Of a stretch of DNA of 64,000 bases, positions 13,508-35,808 are shown piece after piece. A program made the translations under genes and the position numbers. The notes under the pieces were generated by a model. That model had not been told where the DNA came from, did not search any database, and saw only the letters and a list, made by a program, of their open reading frames with translations. Position 1 is the first letter of the stretch. Each line of letters starts with the position of its first letter. The DNA is from Fimbriosthenelais zetlandica. Taxonomy: Eukaryota. The stretch is from assembly GCA_977030845.1 (NCBI GenBank), contig OZ365114.1, positions 25,296,001 to 25,360,000 on the forward strand, given 5' to 3'.

Positions 13508-16500
13508 ATGGCGTCCACTACAGGTCGGTTTAACCTCTCTACTTTATTCATTGTTTCCACTCCTAATTTAGCATGACATTACCTGATATTTAGCTATCCA
13601 TATTATTAATTTATTTTTTTAATTTTCTTTACAGCTGAAGTTAGGAGAGTAGATGTTTTGGCCAGATCTAAACCGATCCCGCCAGGTTTCTTGGAGGACC
13701 GGTGAGTAACTGAGTTATTAAAATTTCACATGATAGACGTCTGTCATTGTTGCCCTTTCACATTGGAATGATTGATACATAATAATTGGAAGATATTGAT
13801 TGATTCGATCGTTAAATCGATAATCTAATGGTACATGTAGGTTATAATATATTCATTTAATTAGATCACAGCAAATCATGCCACTGGATTTTAGTTAACT
13901 GCACACTACAGTCAGTACAGTCTGAGTTTGAGACTGAGACTGGCAGGCCTGGATATAGACCTACGGTACCGGTACTTGACCTGTGTTGAAACATAAATTA
14001 TCTTTTGTTGTAGTGTACCTACTAGTGCTTTAATTTGGCACTATCTGTTTGTATGACTCGGTGGTGCAGTAATCTATATAAAGTTCTTCATTTAATTTAC
14101 AGACGTTCAGTATACTGGATAGACAGACGGCCACCACCTCTAGGATCCAGTCAACCAAGTGAGTTAGATCTATATCTACCAATATTTATACAACTTTAAA
14201 AGACCCTTAAAACAATGTCCTTACTTTCTATAAAACGTTATTTAATGGACAGGTATAGTGTTATCAGACTGTGATAATTTCCCACTTGTTGTGCCTGTTG
14301 AGAGGATTATCGTATTATACTAGCACTTCAATTTAAAGCATGATAAGCCATTTCAATAGTCAGTGATAATTTATCTTTTTTCACTTTAACGACCGAGGCT
14401 TCTCAGCTTTAATAATCGTAAAATTATAATTAAATTTTACCGAGGTACCCACATAGGATACTAAGTAGTCTACGGTACTCATTTTAAATCAATAGCCTTT
14501 TCCTAAAAAAACAACATTATTTTGTGAATTGTGGACCATATTTCAATTTATAACAATGTCTCGACAAAGCAGCTAGATCTATCCACCTGACCGCTAGACC
14601 CTTGAAGTTATTACTATTAAGCTGCCCACAGTTAGGACTTGAGCACCAGTGTTAATGCTGTTAATAAACTCAGCTGGCACCATGATTTAATCACATTCAC
14701 TTGGTTACCTATAATCCATGAATGAAAGCCAAATCATAAACACAGTGCAAGTTATAGAGCTGTGCCAAACTGACTGTAAATCTCTTGTTGCCTATGAAGG
14801 AGCCCCTATGCCGTAGGCTATGGCTATGTATGTCCTGGCATTTATTGTGAACGAGTAAATGGAGACTTCATTTTCAAATAAATTTATGGAACTACTTCAT
14901 TGAAGTAATGCCATAAATTAATTTGAACTGAAATATGCTACCGTTCTTAAAGTCATACCGGTACCAAACTATTTGATGGATTATTAATACTTTTAGAAAA
15001 AATGTCAACAATGTAAGATTCCTCATAGAAGTATTGGAACTTTATCCAGCACTTTTAATACTTTCTGAACAGGAAGTGGTGAATGAATGAATTATGTAAG
15101 AGGATAGGAAAGTCCCATTTGTTACAATAGCTTGGTGGATAAATGAGGGCTTGGTTGAACAGTAGGCCTAGGCCTATGGGAGATGGCGTGACTGTAATCA
15201 GTAACTCTGCATGAACAGTCTTTCAGGCTTCATTTAATTCCCCTAGTGGTGCTCTTTCACAGTCAATGTACCCGGTATATTTTCACAGTATATTTTCTCC
15301 TGTAGGCCTAGTAAGGTGGGTTTTCTTCATCATTACACAAATTTGTTAATATTGAACACATGTAAAATGTTGTTTGTATGGCCTAATCTCAAGATCTTCT
15401 GGCCACTTTGATAACTAGGCCTACACTAGTGTTAATAATCTTGGACCCATCTTGGCATACATCCAGAATTGTGGACTAACCGTTTACTTACTTAGTGCAT
15501 GTAAAATCATGAAAGCTTTAATCAATATTGTTATGAGTATTAGCCGACAACCCAGGAGGTGAAAAACATATTTACCATTAATATTATGGAAATCGTGGCC
15601 CTGGAAAATCCCATGTCAGAACTGTATTAGATTTTAGAGAGCTTCAGTTAGATCCTTAGTTTCAAAGTAGGTAGGTAAGGATTAGAAATATAATTGCACA
15701 TGTTTAGTAGTTTGACTAAAATTATTTACTCTTGCAATTTGATCTTCCAGTGTTAACAGCTAGACAAGAGGAATTGTGTCGAGCCAGACATCCACATCCG
15801 AGGTGGCAAGGTGACAAGTATGTATCATTCACTAAACTATTAATGGTTTGGAGAGTAGTACCCTTATAACTATTAAGGCAGTGGCTACATTTAGTGATTA
15901 TATTATTAAATATCCGGTCTTTTATTAATGACATCAATGATGATCTTGTTTTCAGATTGTCTCCTATCTGGCCAGTCAGTCAGGCTGCTATGAGCACAGT
16001 GCCGTCAGACAGATTACTCAACCTGGCTGAACCACGCTTTGTGAACAGAGGATACAAATACGAGAGATCAGCATACACAATGGTGAAAGATGCTGCCAAA
16101 CGGGCCGAGGCCTCAGACAGACTGGTTCAATTATCAGGTAATTATATCCCATTCAATGTCCATTAACATTATATGTATAGAATTACATAAATCACTTTCT
16201 ATTATCAATACCCCTATATAGAATTACATAAATCAATTTTTATTATTATTACATGTATAAAATTACATAAATCAATTTCTAGTATCATTACATGCGTTGT
16301 GTAAGATCACAAATCCATCTAGAGCTCTTTTGAGCGTAGGGAGCATAATTTTTTCTCTTTTTAATGCCTCGTGGGTTAAGTCGAAAAATTCCTAAATTCC
16401 ATTATTAAGTAATGACAGAATATATAACCTAATCAGATTAAATTTATGATTGCTGATGGATCATTCATTTCTCCTCCACAGTTCCAAAGCCCCATAAGGT

Positions 16501-16861
16501 CTGGGCTAACAGCAGGGATACCATTGATTTCGGTGAGTTCTCTGAGCCCCTCGCACCAGTGAGCAGCTCTGCTAAGGTAGCTAAATGCTCAGGGCGGGTG
16601 GAGAGCCTGGCCGAGGCCAAGACAGAGCCTTCAGCATACCTCGGTGAGAGACCAGTCATGTGGATTGTGTCAGACACAGCTAAGAATGCCATTGCTACAG
16701 TCAGATTACAACAAATGGCCAGACCCAAGTCAGGGAGGACAGTCAATGACGACTATGATCCTTACAAAGTCTCCTCAGCAGCAAAGAACGCACGCCCCAC
16801 TCCACGCGTCACAGAACTCTCAGTCCCCATCCCACGGAAAGTCCGGCCCAAGAAGAGCTAA
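13508..16861 (+). CDS. THEG: THEG-domain (testicular haploid expressed gene / sperm microtubule-associated) protein, 255 aa
   Basis: Six in-frame GT-AG exons: 13508-13523, 13635-13701, 14103-14158, 15751-15817, 15956-16137, 16482-16861. Repeats of the type RxxxLAxPK...W.VS..A (RVDVLARSKP, RRSVYW, SPIWPVSQAAM, SDRLLNLAEPR, RLQQMARPK, PTPRVTELSVP) match my recollection of THEG repeats. Confidence 0.78.
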
Positions 16862-17569
16862 ACATTCTCTATGTCACTTATCACTGTTCAAATATGGCTT
16901 CAAATTGTCAACAATAATGCCTGCTTTTATTTTCTGATTCATCAGTTTTTTGTTAAGAAAAATAACCTTCCTGTATCAAGTGGATTTTGCAATAATACTC
17001 TACCATTTAATCAGTGTTCAAATGAAGACAATAGGTGTTGTATATTAGTAGAGTATTTATTGAAAAGGCTGTGATAAACATTGTAACGTATTGTGATATT
17101 ATACATGCAAAAGCATTTGTTTTAATGATGGTGTATTTTCCAAGGTAACACCAAAGAGCACTGTATTTCAAAATACCATCAATCTGGTAGATATTGACAT
17201 TAGGTAGTTAATTCGCCATAGCAGTATTATTCAGCTGTGATTAATTTGGCATCAGTCATGCCTTGAGCAGTATTCAACATTTGCTCTGCAAAAATACAGC
17301 ATTTCGACCGGAATTTACCATTAACGATCATGTACATAGATTGAGATTATATACAAGTAAATACTGTATTTCAATGAAGGGTTTAATAGCAAAGCAATAC
17401 GAAAAGTACAGGTTACTGTACTTCGATATTTAAAATAAAGATATTTGTAAAAATAGCAATGGTTTTTATTGTAAACTTAGCCAGGTTATGCAAGCCAAGG
17501 TTGAAAGCCAATCACCCGTTTCTTCTACTAATATTCTATCCAGATTTCTTGTAAGGACTCTCTCAATTC

Positions 17570-19319
17570 TCAAAGATGGCTTGATAGGGCACGGTACTTT
17601 TTATCATCTGGTCCATTAATAACAACCTCTGAAAATGGATTGAGACTCAAGTTTATTTCATATAACGTAGTCATTTTCAATATTTTTCATTTCCTGAGGT
17701 TTGTAAAATAGAAATGGTGTAAATCAGAGCGTTTAATTAAATTGTCATGGAGGGCGATTTAGAACACTTACCAACTGTATTCTCTTTCACCAATTTGCCA
17801 AGATGGTGTCTCACGTTGCCCAGTGCTCCTGGATGAAGATGCTCAGGAACATTCTAGAAACAAATTCCCTTAGTTTAGTTGTATTTCAATTGTATTGAAA
17901 AATCTTTAACTCGTACAAGAAGAAAAGTCATTTAAGAACAATTTTGTTTATAAATTATACTGTCTGACTTACATGATACACAATTTTGACAATCTCCATG
18001 CCAGTGAGAGCCTTCTCTGCGTTTTGTAGACATTGTATTATCTGAGACTCTCTTGCATTGCGATGGGAAATGTACATTTTCAAGTGGCTCTCTGGATCAG
18101 TCACCACAGACCCATGAGATGGGTAGACAGTGCTGGGCTTCAGACCTAATATCTTCTCCAGCGATTTCATGTATTCATACAGATCCTCAAAAACCTAGAG
18201 TGAAAATATGAAATAAATAATAGTCCAATGGCAGTGATAATGTCAATTCGGAATTGTGTTTAAATGTGTAAATTACTTACAGCAGTGCCCTCCCCAAGAA
18301 CTGTATCTCCGGAGAAGATAATGTTATCTTCTTCAAGTACCAGGCACATGTGATCATCCGTATGTCCAGGAGTGTACAAAGCTCTGTAATATGACAGTGA
18401 CGCGAGTTCTATCAATGTTTTCTTACCATTAACGCATAGACTACAACTAAATCATTATACATTAAACGGCCAGTAAATAGTTGTTAAATTTACCTCAAGG
18501 TAGCACCTTCCGTCTTGAATACATGGCCATCTTCAATGAACTTGTATGATATGCCATTCTCAAGGGCAACGTCAGGTTCGGATCTACGTTTCAGCTTCAT
18601 AACCGTCTTGGGACCTGTTAAAAATGTAATGCAATATTATTACAAGATTCATTCAGTCAGGCAGGGACTGGTAGTCAAGACAAACCACTTGATCTGACTA
18701 TATTAATTTAAAGTCTGTACACAGTGAGACACCTAATGCTTACAGTTTGGGACACTTTGACAGAGCTCAGGAACACCACCAATGTGATCTCCATGCCAGT
18801 GTGTGATGATCAGTTGGTCAATCTCAATATTCTGCTCAGACAGGACCTTCTTCAGATTTGTTAAGTAGTTAGGTCGATCAGCTTCACCAGCATCAATTAA
18901 AATGCGCCTGCAATAGAATAATATAATAGAAATTGTATTTATATTAGGCCTGAGCTACACTACAGTAATAACTCACTAATTTAGGATTAGGCGTAGATCT
19001 ACCGGTACCTGCTCAATTATTTATAGAAATAATTTAAGACACTTTGGTACCTTATAATAATTAGTTCTTTATAAATTTTATAATTTGAATAAAAGAAAAC
19101 ATATGGGTACCGGTAATCAATAATTAAGTTGGTACCGGTAATTAAAATTAAATTTTTAAAAATAATTAAAAATACCGTTAGTTGAACTTACTTCTTGCCT
19201 GTTCCTACAATGTAGGTGTTAGTGCCCTGTAATGTATACGGTCCTGGATTACAGCCCAGTATTCTCCATACTCTGTCTGACAGTTGTTCCACATCAGGTA
19301 ATGATGTAAGTGTCGCCAT
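17570..19319 (-). CDS. LACTB2: Metallo-beta-lactamase-fold endoribonuclease LACTB2, 292 aa from the internal ATG
   Basis: Seven in-frame exons: 19319-19192, 18907-18744, 18614-18494, 18383-18281, 18194-17973, 17853-17772, 17628-17570. Motifs: [29 protein letters not shown] (HxHxDH), [17 protein letters not shown]. Confidence 0.95.
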
Positions 19320-19601
19320 GTTTTGTTTGTTTCCACTTTCTGTTTGTATCCTCCTGATATTTAATGGAAACTGATGGTCTTTGAATTCATGATACTTCAG
19401 AGGACTTTCGTCACACAACGAGGAAGAACTCTTTATTGGGACATGTGATCCCAAGATATTGGTAAAGATGTTTCGGCTGGAGAAGGTTGAACTTGTTCTA
19501 TACAAAGTCAAAGTCAAAGCTGAGTCTGTTTTTGGACTTCGAACAGAGTGAGGAAAGACACTCAATAGACGATAGATAACAGTGCGTGCACGCAATGTCA
19601 T

Positions 19602-20196
19602 GCCTACAACTTCAATCTGGTGGATGATATAGATCTCCTAGATTTATTATATATCGATTTAGATGGAATCGGCGTGAATAATAAACCCCTACCAACGTCC
19701 TTGGATATTTATCACCTATGGCTATACGGGTTTAACGATGCGAGACACGCCCACCCGCCCCTACCGAACTTCCGAAATCAAGGAGTTGAACTCGAAGTTA
19801 GTAGCCATAGAGAAACCTTATATTAATCATTAAATGGTGCCCAAAATCATGAGAAGTTGGAACTGACAAACAATCGCTACTTTCGGGTTGTTACAATCCA
19901 CTAATGTACGTTTCAGTGACTTTGGAGTTATGACATTTGCTGGAAAGCGTGTTTATGTCGGCCATCTTGGCCCGTTGTAACTGGTAACTGGTGGCCAGTT
20001 GATGTTGTGTTTTTCCTTTTCCACCACTACGAGATTTCAGCCGAGAACTGACTACTTCCTGTTCCTCCAGTGCTCGAGTTTTTCCTGGACAAATTTACGG
20101 AAAAGTATCAATTTATTTAAACTGCTGGATCCGATGTTGCCATAACAAGATCTGATTGGTTCTACTTGGTTTAGTTTAACAGCTGAATAAACCAAA
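19602..20196. promoter_or_regulatory. Putative bidirectional promoter of LACTB2 and Hippo
   Basis: About 600 bp between divergent starts, with an Sp/KLF-like GC box (acgcccacccgccc, ~19747-19761) and YY1-like GCCATCTT (~19960-19967); possible Hippo 5'UTR acceptor at 20181-20182. Confidence 0.45.
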
Positions 20197-30683
<10,487 letters not shown>

Positions 30684-32464
30684 ATGAACAGTGCTTTAAA
30701 AACCTGCCCCTACTAACCACATAATATTAATAATATCAGCAGTTGGATGGTATTTGATGGTAGAGCTAATATGGAAAACTTCAGGGAATATCAGAGAGCA
30801 AGTCTCAGTGATTGCTGTGTGAACTGTATGGCATCCCTGTATAGCTTCTGTGTTATTTATATTTACAGCCTGTATGGATTATTCTCAGATTTAATGAGAA
30901 TGAGATTTCATTTTTTTACTGGTGTTCATATAGATAAATGGTCAGATCGCCTATTTTACATGTATTTAAAAATCCTTTAAATGCTTCTCAATTTGTTAAA
31001 AGAAATACATAATGCATGTTAAGGAGTTTTTTTTTTGCCTTCTGATTCTTCTACACATCTTAAGGTATAATCTTGATGAACATATCATGGAAAGACTGAA
31101 GCATCTCCTCTTCGTTCAATCAATGTCCTCCTCTTTTATATAACAAATATTGACATTGCTGATACTAGTCTTTTTTCAGAAGTCTACCACTGCCTAATAG
31201 TGAATCTCAAGGCAATATCAGTTTGTCCAATTCTTTGCAATGATGTTCTGTTATAGCATGAGTAAAATGATGTATTTTTTAAGACAAACCCTGTAAACTT
31301 TCTTCTACTTTTCAAGCCAGAAGCAAGTCAGTTCTAATGAACAAGTTAACCTTGCTAATAATGCGCACACACACGCAGCATTTCCAACAGGAAAACATTG
31401 ACTAGACTTGAGAAATTCATTATATAATTAGGTTCTATTCCTACGGACCAGTTCTTTTCAAATTGCTGTTTTCCTATGTACTGTATATACATCTTGATTC
31501 GGGGTATGGCATGTTAATTTCTCTTGTTATACTTAATATTATAAGACTTGTTATGACATAAAGATCTCTATTGTATGAAGCTAAGCCATATCCCTAGATA
31601 TCCTGAGATTACCAAAGTTCTCACTCCTGTGCTTTGATTCTTCTGTCTATTTGATTTAATGATTCTAGTAGCAGTTCTAACTGTCTGTCTACCTCCATGT
31701 CAAGTTGGTCGTCTGAAAACAAAATGAGGTGCTAGGCAGGTAACCTAGCCAAACACTCCCTTATTACAAGCAATGTTAAAATAGTCATAGAGATGTTGTG
31801 TTAGCGGGACTGCTTGGCAAAATGAATTTATTCAGAGATATATTATTTACAGGATCATAACAACAGGAATGTTGTACAATATAGAATGCTGCTTTGGGGA
31901 AAAGAAAAAAAAACGGTCCAGTCAGTATTGGAAATGTATATAAGTTGCTGATAGATACAATACTTTTATGATTCACCGGATTTAGTTGTATGTACACTAT
32001 AAAATACAGAAATTACACTTAGGTTCAGTTGCATTGTATAGCAGCCCATGAGTAATACATTTGATATGTACCAGAGGTGAAATATTTGGCCATATAATGG
32101 AATATTTAATACAGTTTATCAAGAGTGTTCACCAAGCATCTGACTCTTAACCTCACACCCTGATGTTCACTAGTACACATGTAATAACTATGCTGAAAAT
32201 CCAGAGTCATTTCTCCACCATCAGTTCCCCCATTGAACGGAATGTCATTTTTATTGTCTATGAGTACTGATCAAATGGTCTGCCATCATGGTGTAATGAA
32301 ATATGTACGTTGAACATATTCAATGATAAAATATTTGCCATACATATATACATAAAGATGGATTTTGTTATATCTCCTCTTGTTCAGGATGAGTCTCATG
32401 GAGAGTGGATTGTGATTGATATCCATGGATCACAGACCTGTATAATAGTTAGTAGAGACTTTGA

Positions 32465-34074
32465 TTAGTTGCAGTGTTCATTTGTATCAGAGCCTGATGA
32501 TTTTAACCAGGCAAAGCAGAAGTAGCCCACGGCAGCTCCCAGGGTGACGGATAGACACAGCCAGATGTTGTACGTCATGAACACCAGCATCAAACAGAAG
32601 CTTAACCATACCTGAAACCATACATTTATAATTAACATTCTGTTACATAGGGAAAGTTTGATATTAGTAAGACTCGGTATTCTAAATATTTCTTTACCTG
32701 GACAAAGTGCAGCAGTGTCTGGACGATATGACTTGCGCTGAATATTCCAACTTTACTAGAAAATGGGAACAAAATGCAGATCATGTAGGATATGTCTAAA
32801 GGCAATTATATTGCAATTGAATTTTGATGACAATTTTTATGGTTAAACTTACCCCATCTTTCTATTGCCAATCATACTATGTTGTGAAGAATGGGTTTCG
32901 TAATTTGTCTGATCTGACCCCTGTCAAAAAGCAATGAATGAGAACGCGAGTAAAAAATTGACCAAATCGAATATAAATGAAATCCTACATGAATATATTC
33001 GTGAATACGTGTATAAGTCTTAATATTCTTACCTTCAGTGCAGAAACTGCGTAGACTTCAGGACCAGTTTCAACAGGAGTCATTTTTTTCTGCAGCAGTT
33101 CACGACCAATTTTCAGTCCCTCGTACAAAACGGCAATAAGGAATAGTCCAATACAAGAGCCAAGCATTGCTGTAAAATGTTCTGTACTTGTAAATTTTAT
33201 GTTAATTCAAAATGAATATTTAATCAGTACCAGGTTGTTTTAAAATACGAATATTCAAAAATGTGTATATCAATCAAATGAGAAAATCTGAACTTGAAAT
33301 TATTTAGAACATAACACTCACCTTCCCAGCTGTGTGTCATCCACCCCTTGAAGAGAATCATGGACATCGCACTGGCATGGAAGTACATTTTCTAATCACA
33401 ATTGACAAAAAAAAGAATTTAATCAGTTTTAGGTATGATTATGAAGCAATGATGAGGTGAAAGAAGATGGTATATAAACACTCACTCAGGCTTAGGAAAA
33501 ACCTATAAACACCTACATTTTTTTCTTATTTGTCTAAAATAACCTGTAAAACCTATAAAAACGTATATTTTTAATCCCGGATTGTTGTGATGACCTACCA
33601 TTGAATGGTCCATGCCACCATCAGTATGGTTGTTATCGTGGTCATGATCATGGTCATGGTCATGGTCATGGTCATGGTCCATGTAGGGCTGTAAAACAAG
33701 AAGCATTTCCTCATCAGAATATTCTACAACTATCTGTGATCACTGATTGGATTTGATCTTAGAATTTGGAGGTAATAAAATGAACGCTTTTGGCTCTGAA
33801 CTTGGAAAGCGTGAACACCAAATTCTGAAAGTCATGTCGAGGAGTAACAAACAAGTAACCCTTTGACATATATCATATTTTAAGAGACTCTAACGCTAAA
33901 GTCCATTAGCCTACTATGCAATCTTTGATCCAATAGTCTATAAAATCCTACCGTTCTATTTTCAGAATCATCCGTCTCCACTCTCCCAGCAGAAAAACCG
34001 TTTGCAGCAAAAATCAAAGCAAAGATTAAAAAGATTTGAATGAGTAATGTTACTGTCCGATTTGACTGATCCAT
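32465..34074 (-). CDS. SLC31A1: CTR1-family high-affinity copper transporter (187 aa from ATG 33682, or 230 aa with the upstream exon)
   Basis: Exons [34074-33952], 33688-33599, 33391-33322, 33169-33033, 32920-32853, 32755-32698, 32611-32465 in frame. (DH)7 His tract, M-KMYFH, LYEGLK, SHIVQTLLHFVQ, MLVFMTYN (MxxxM), GAAVGYF (GxxxG), C-terminal EHCN. Confidence 0.93.
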
Positions 34075-35808
34075 CCTGGCAAGGTAAAGTGTTTTCTAAT
34101 TAATACTCCAGTTATAAAAGTTGATTATAAAATCTCCCGAACTAAATCCACTGTGGTTGAGCTATGTCTCCATACTAACTGATGTACAATGTACGTGATA
34201 GGTGTATACTGAACAGACCTATTGATATTTTAGGCCTACTATTCGACTTTGAACTTACACGCATACCACTAGCATGTATGGTCATAACTAACCATATGCA
34301 TATCTTATCTACATGTAGCTAGGCGTTTATAGTTCATAGTATTACCTTTAACGTTACAAAACGGGAAATAGAACCATAATCATAATTATCAGTCGATTAT
34401 CTAAATCTAAATGTAATACCACATATTTAACATTATCATTCATTATAAGGGGAATTTGACCTTGGATATCAAGGCAAAAATTAAGCCTATTTGACGAGAA
34501 TCTTCTGAAAAACTGGACGTGCTAACAAACAGAAACATCTCTTATATATAGTGCGCCCCCTAGTGATTAACATCGTTCACACTAAATCAAATGGGTACTG
34601 AAAGAATAATTTAACATGCACCCATGCACGTTCACAGTGGCATCAATGTATCAAAGCAAATTTTTAAATCCGTCTAAATTTGATAATACATTTTATTCTA
34701 CTTCATGATTTGGATATGTTAGACTTAGATGCTATTTACAATTCGAAATCCGAAATGGCATTTCAAATTTTAAGTTCAGCCTAAATCCATTTATGATATC
34801 TATTTCCTGTTTAGGCAACAAACATTGATGGTTTCATAAAGTTGCCTTTCCATAAGGAATTACATACTCCTGTACTACCAGAAACTATAGGACCAATGTA
34901 TCATACACTTGTTGTAAGGTTTGGTATGCCCTCAATAATGAGAACCTAAAATCAGGGCTTCCCATTCTGTTTCTATACCCATCCAAGTTCCAACAAAAGA
35001 CAAAACATTTCATCAGTATATATTTTAATTTTAAATGAAGATGGAGCAGTGCATGTGATTAAAAAATTAACTCAGTCATTAAGGAGGTGGGTGCACCAAT
35101 ATTATCACATTACAAATGGCACGATTATATAAGGGACTACTTAACTATAGTAGTGTCACTAAGGCAGACAGAATGCCACATGAATATTCTGGGTCATATC
35201 AGACTATATTTTTATAGGCTGCCAATAGAAAATATCATACAGAGGAAATGATTAGAGCTGGCCCCATGCCAGTTTTACAAACAGCAACTATGCGGGCTCA
35301 CATATCAGATTTCACCCATCATAAGACCTCCAAAAAATGATATGAAGTAATTTATTTGAAGTAATGTATTTCTATACTATAGCCTATAGTAAAATAGGCG
35401 TACCGGTACATAATGTGGGCCATTCTGACAACTCTATCCCGTCCTAATAATCAATGTTTCACACGCGGAATTTACCACCAAGAGAAGGCACTTTTCCTTC
35501 CTCGTACTAAAAACATTTCTTCCCCTAACAACGTTCATTTCATGTGGCCTAAAAGGCACAGTTCAAGGGATCAATAGATTATTAAATGCCAGATTACTGC
35601 ATGCAATATATACCTCTCCCCACACGACCACTTATATATAAATATAGCTAGATCACTGAAGAATATATCTAAATTAAAAGTATCAAAATATTCGCGGCAA
35701 TTTTCGGCAAATCGTGAAATATACATATACAGAACGATAGTAATCTTGAGTATTACAAGATGTTCTGAGCATCAGTTGGAACCGTAATATGCATGGGCAC
35801 ATTTTATC

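Noticed and set aside
16175-16295. ~42-bp triple repeat in THEG intron 5
   Set aside because: Ordinary AT-rich intronic minisatellite with no further structure.
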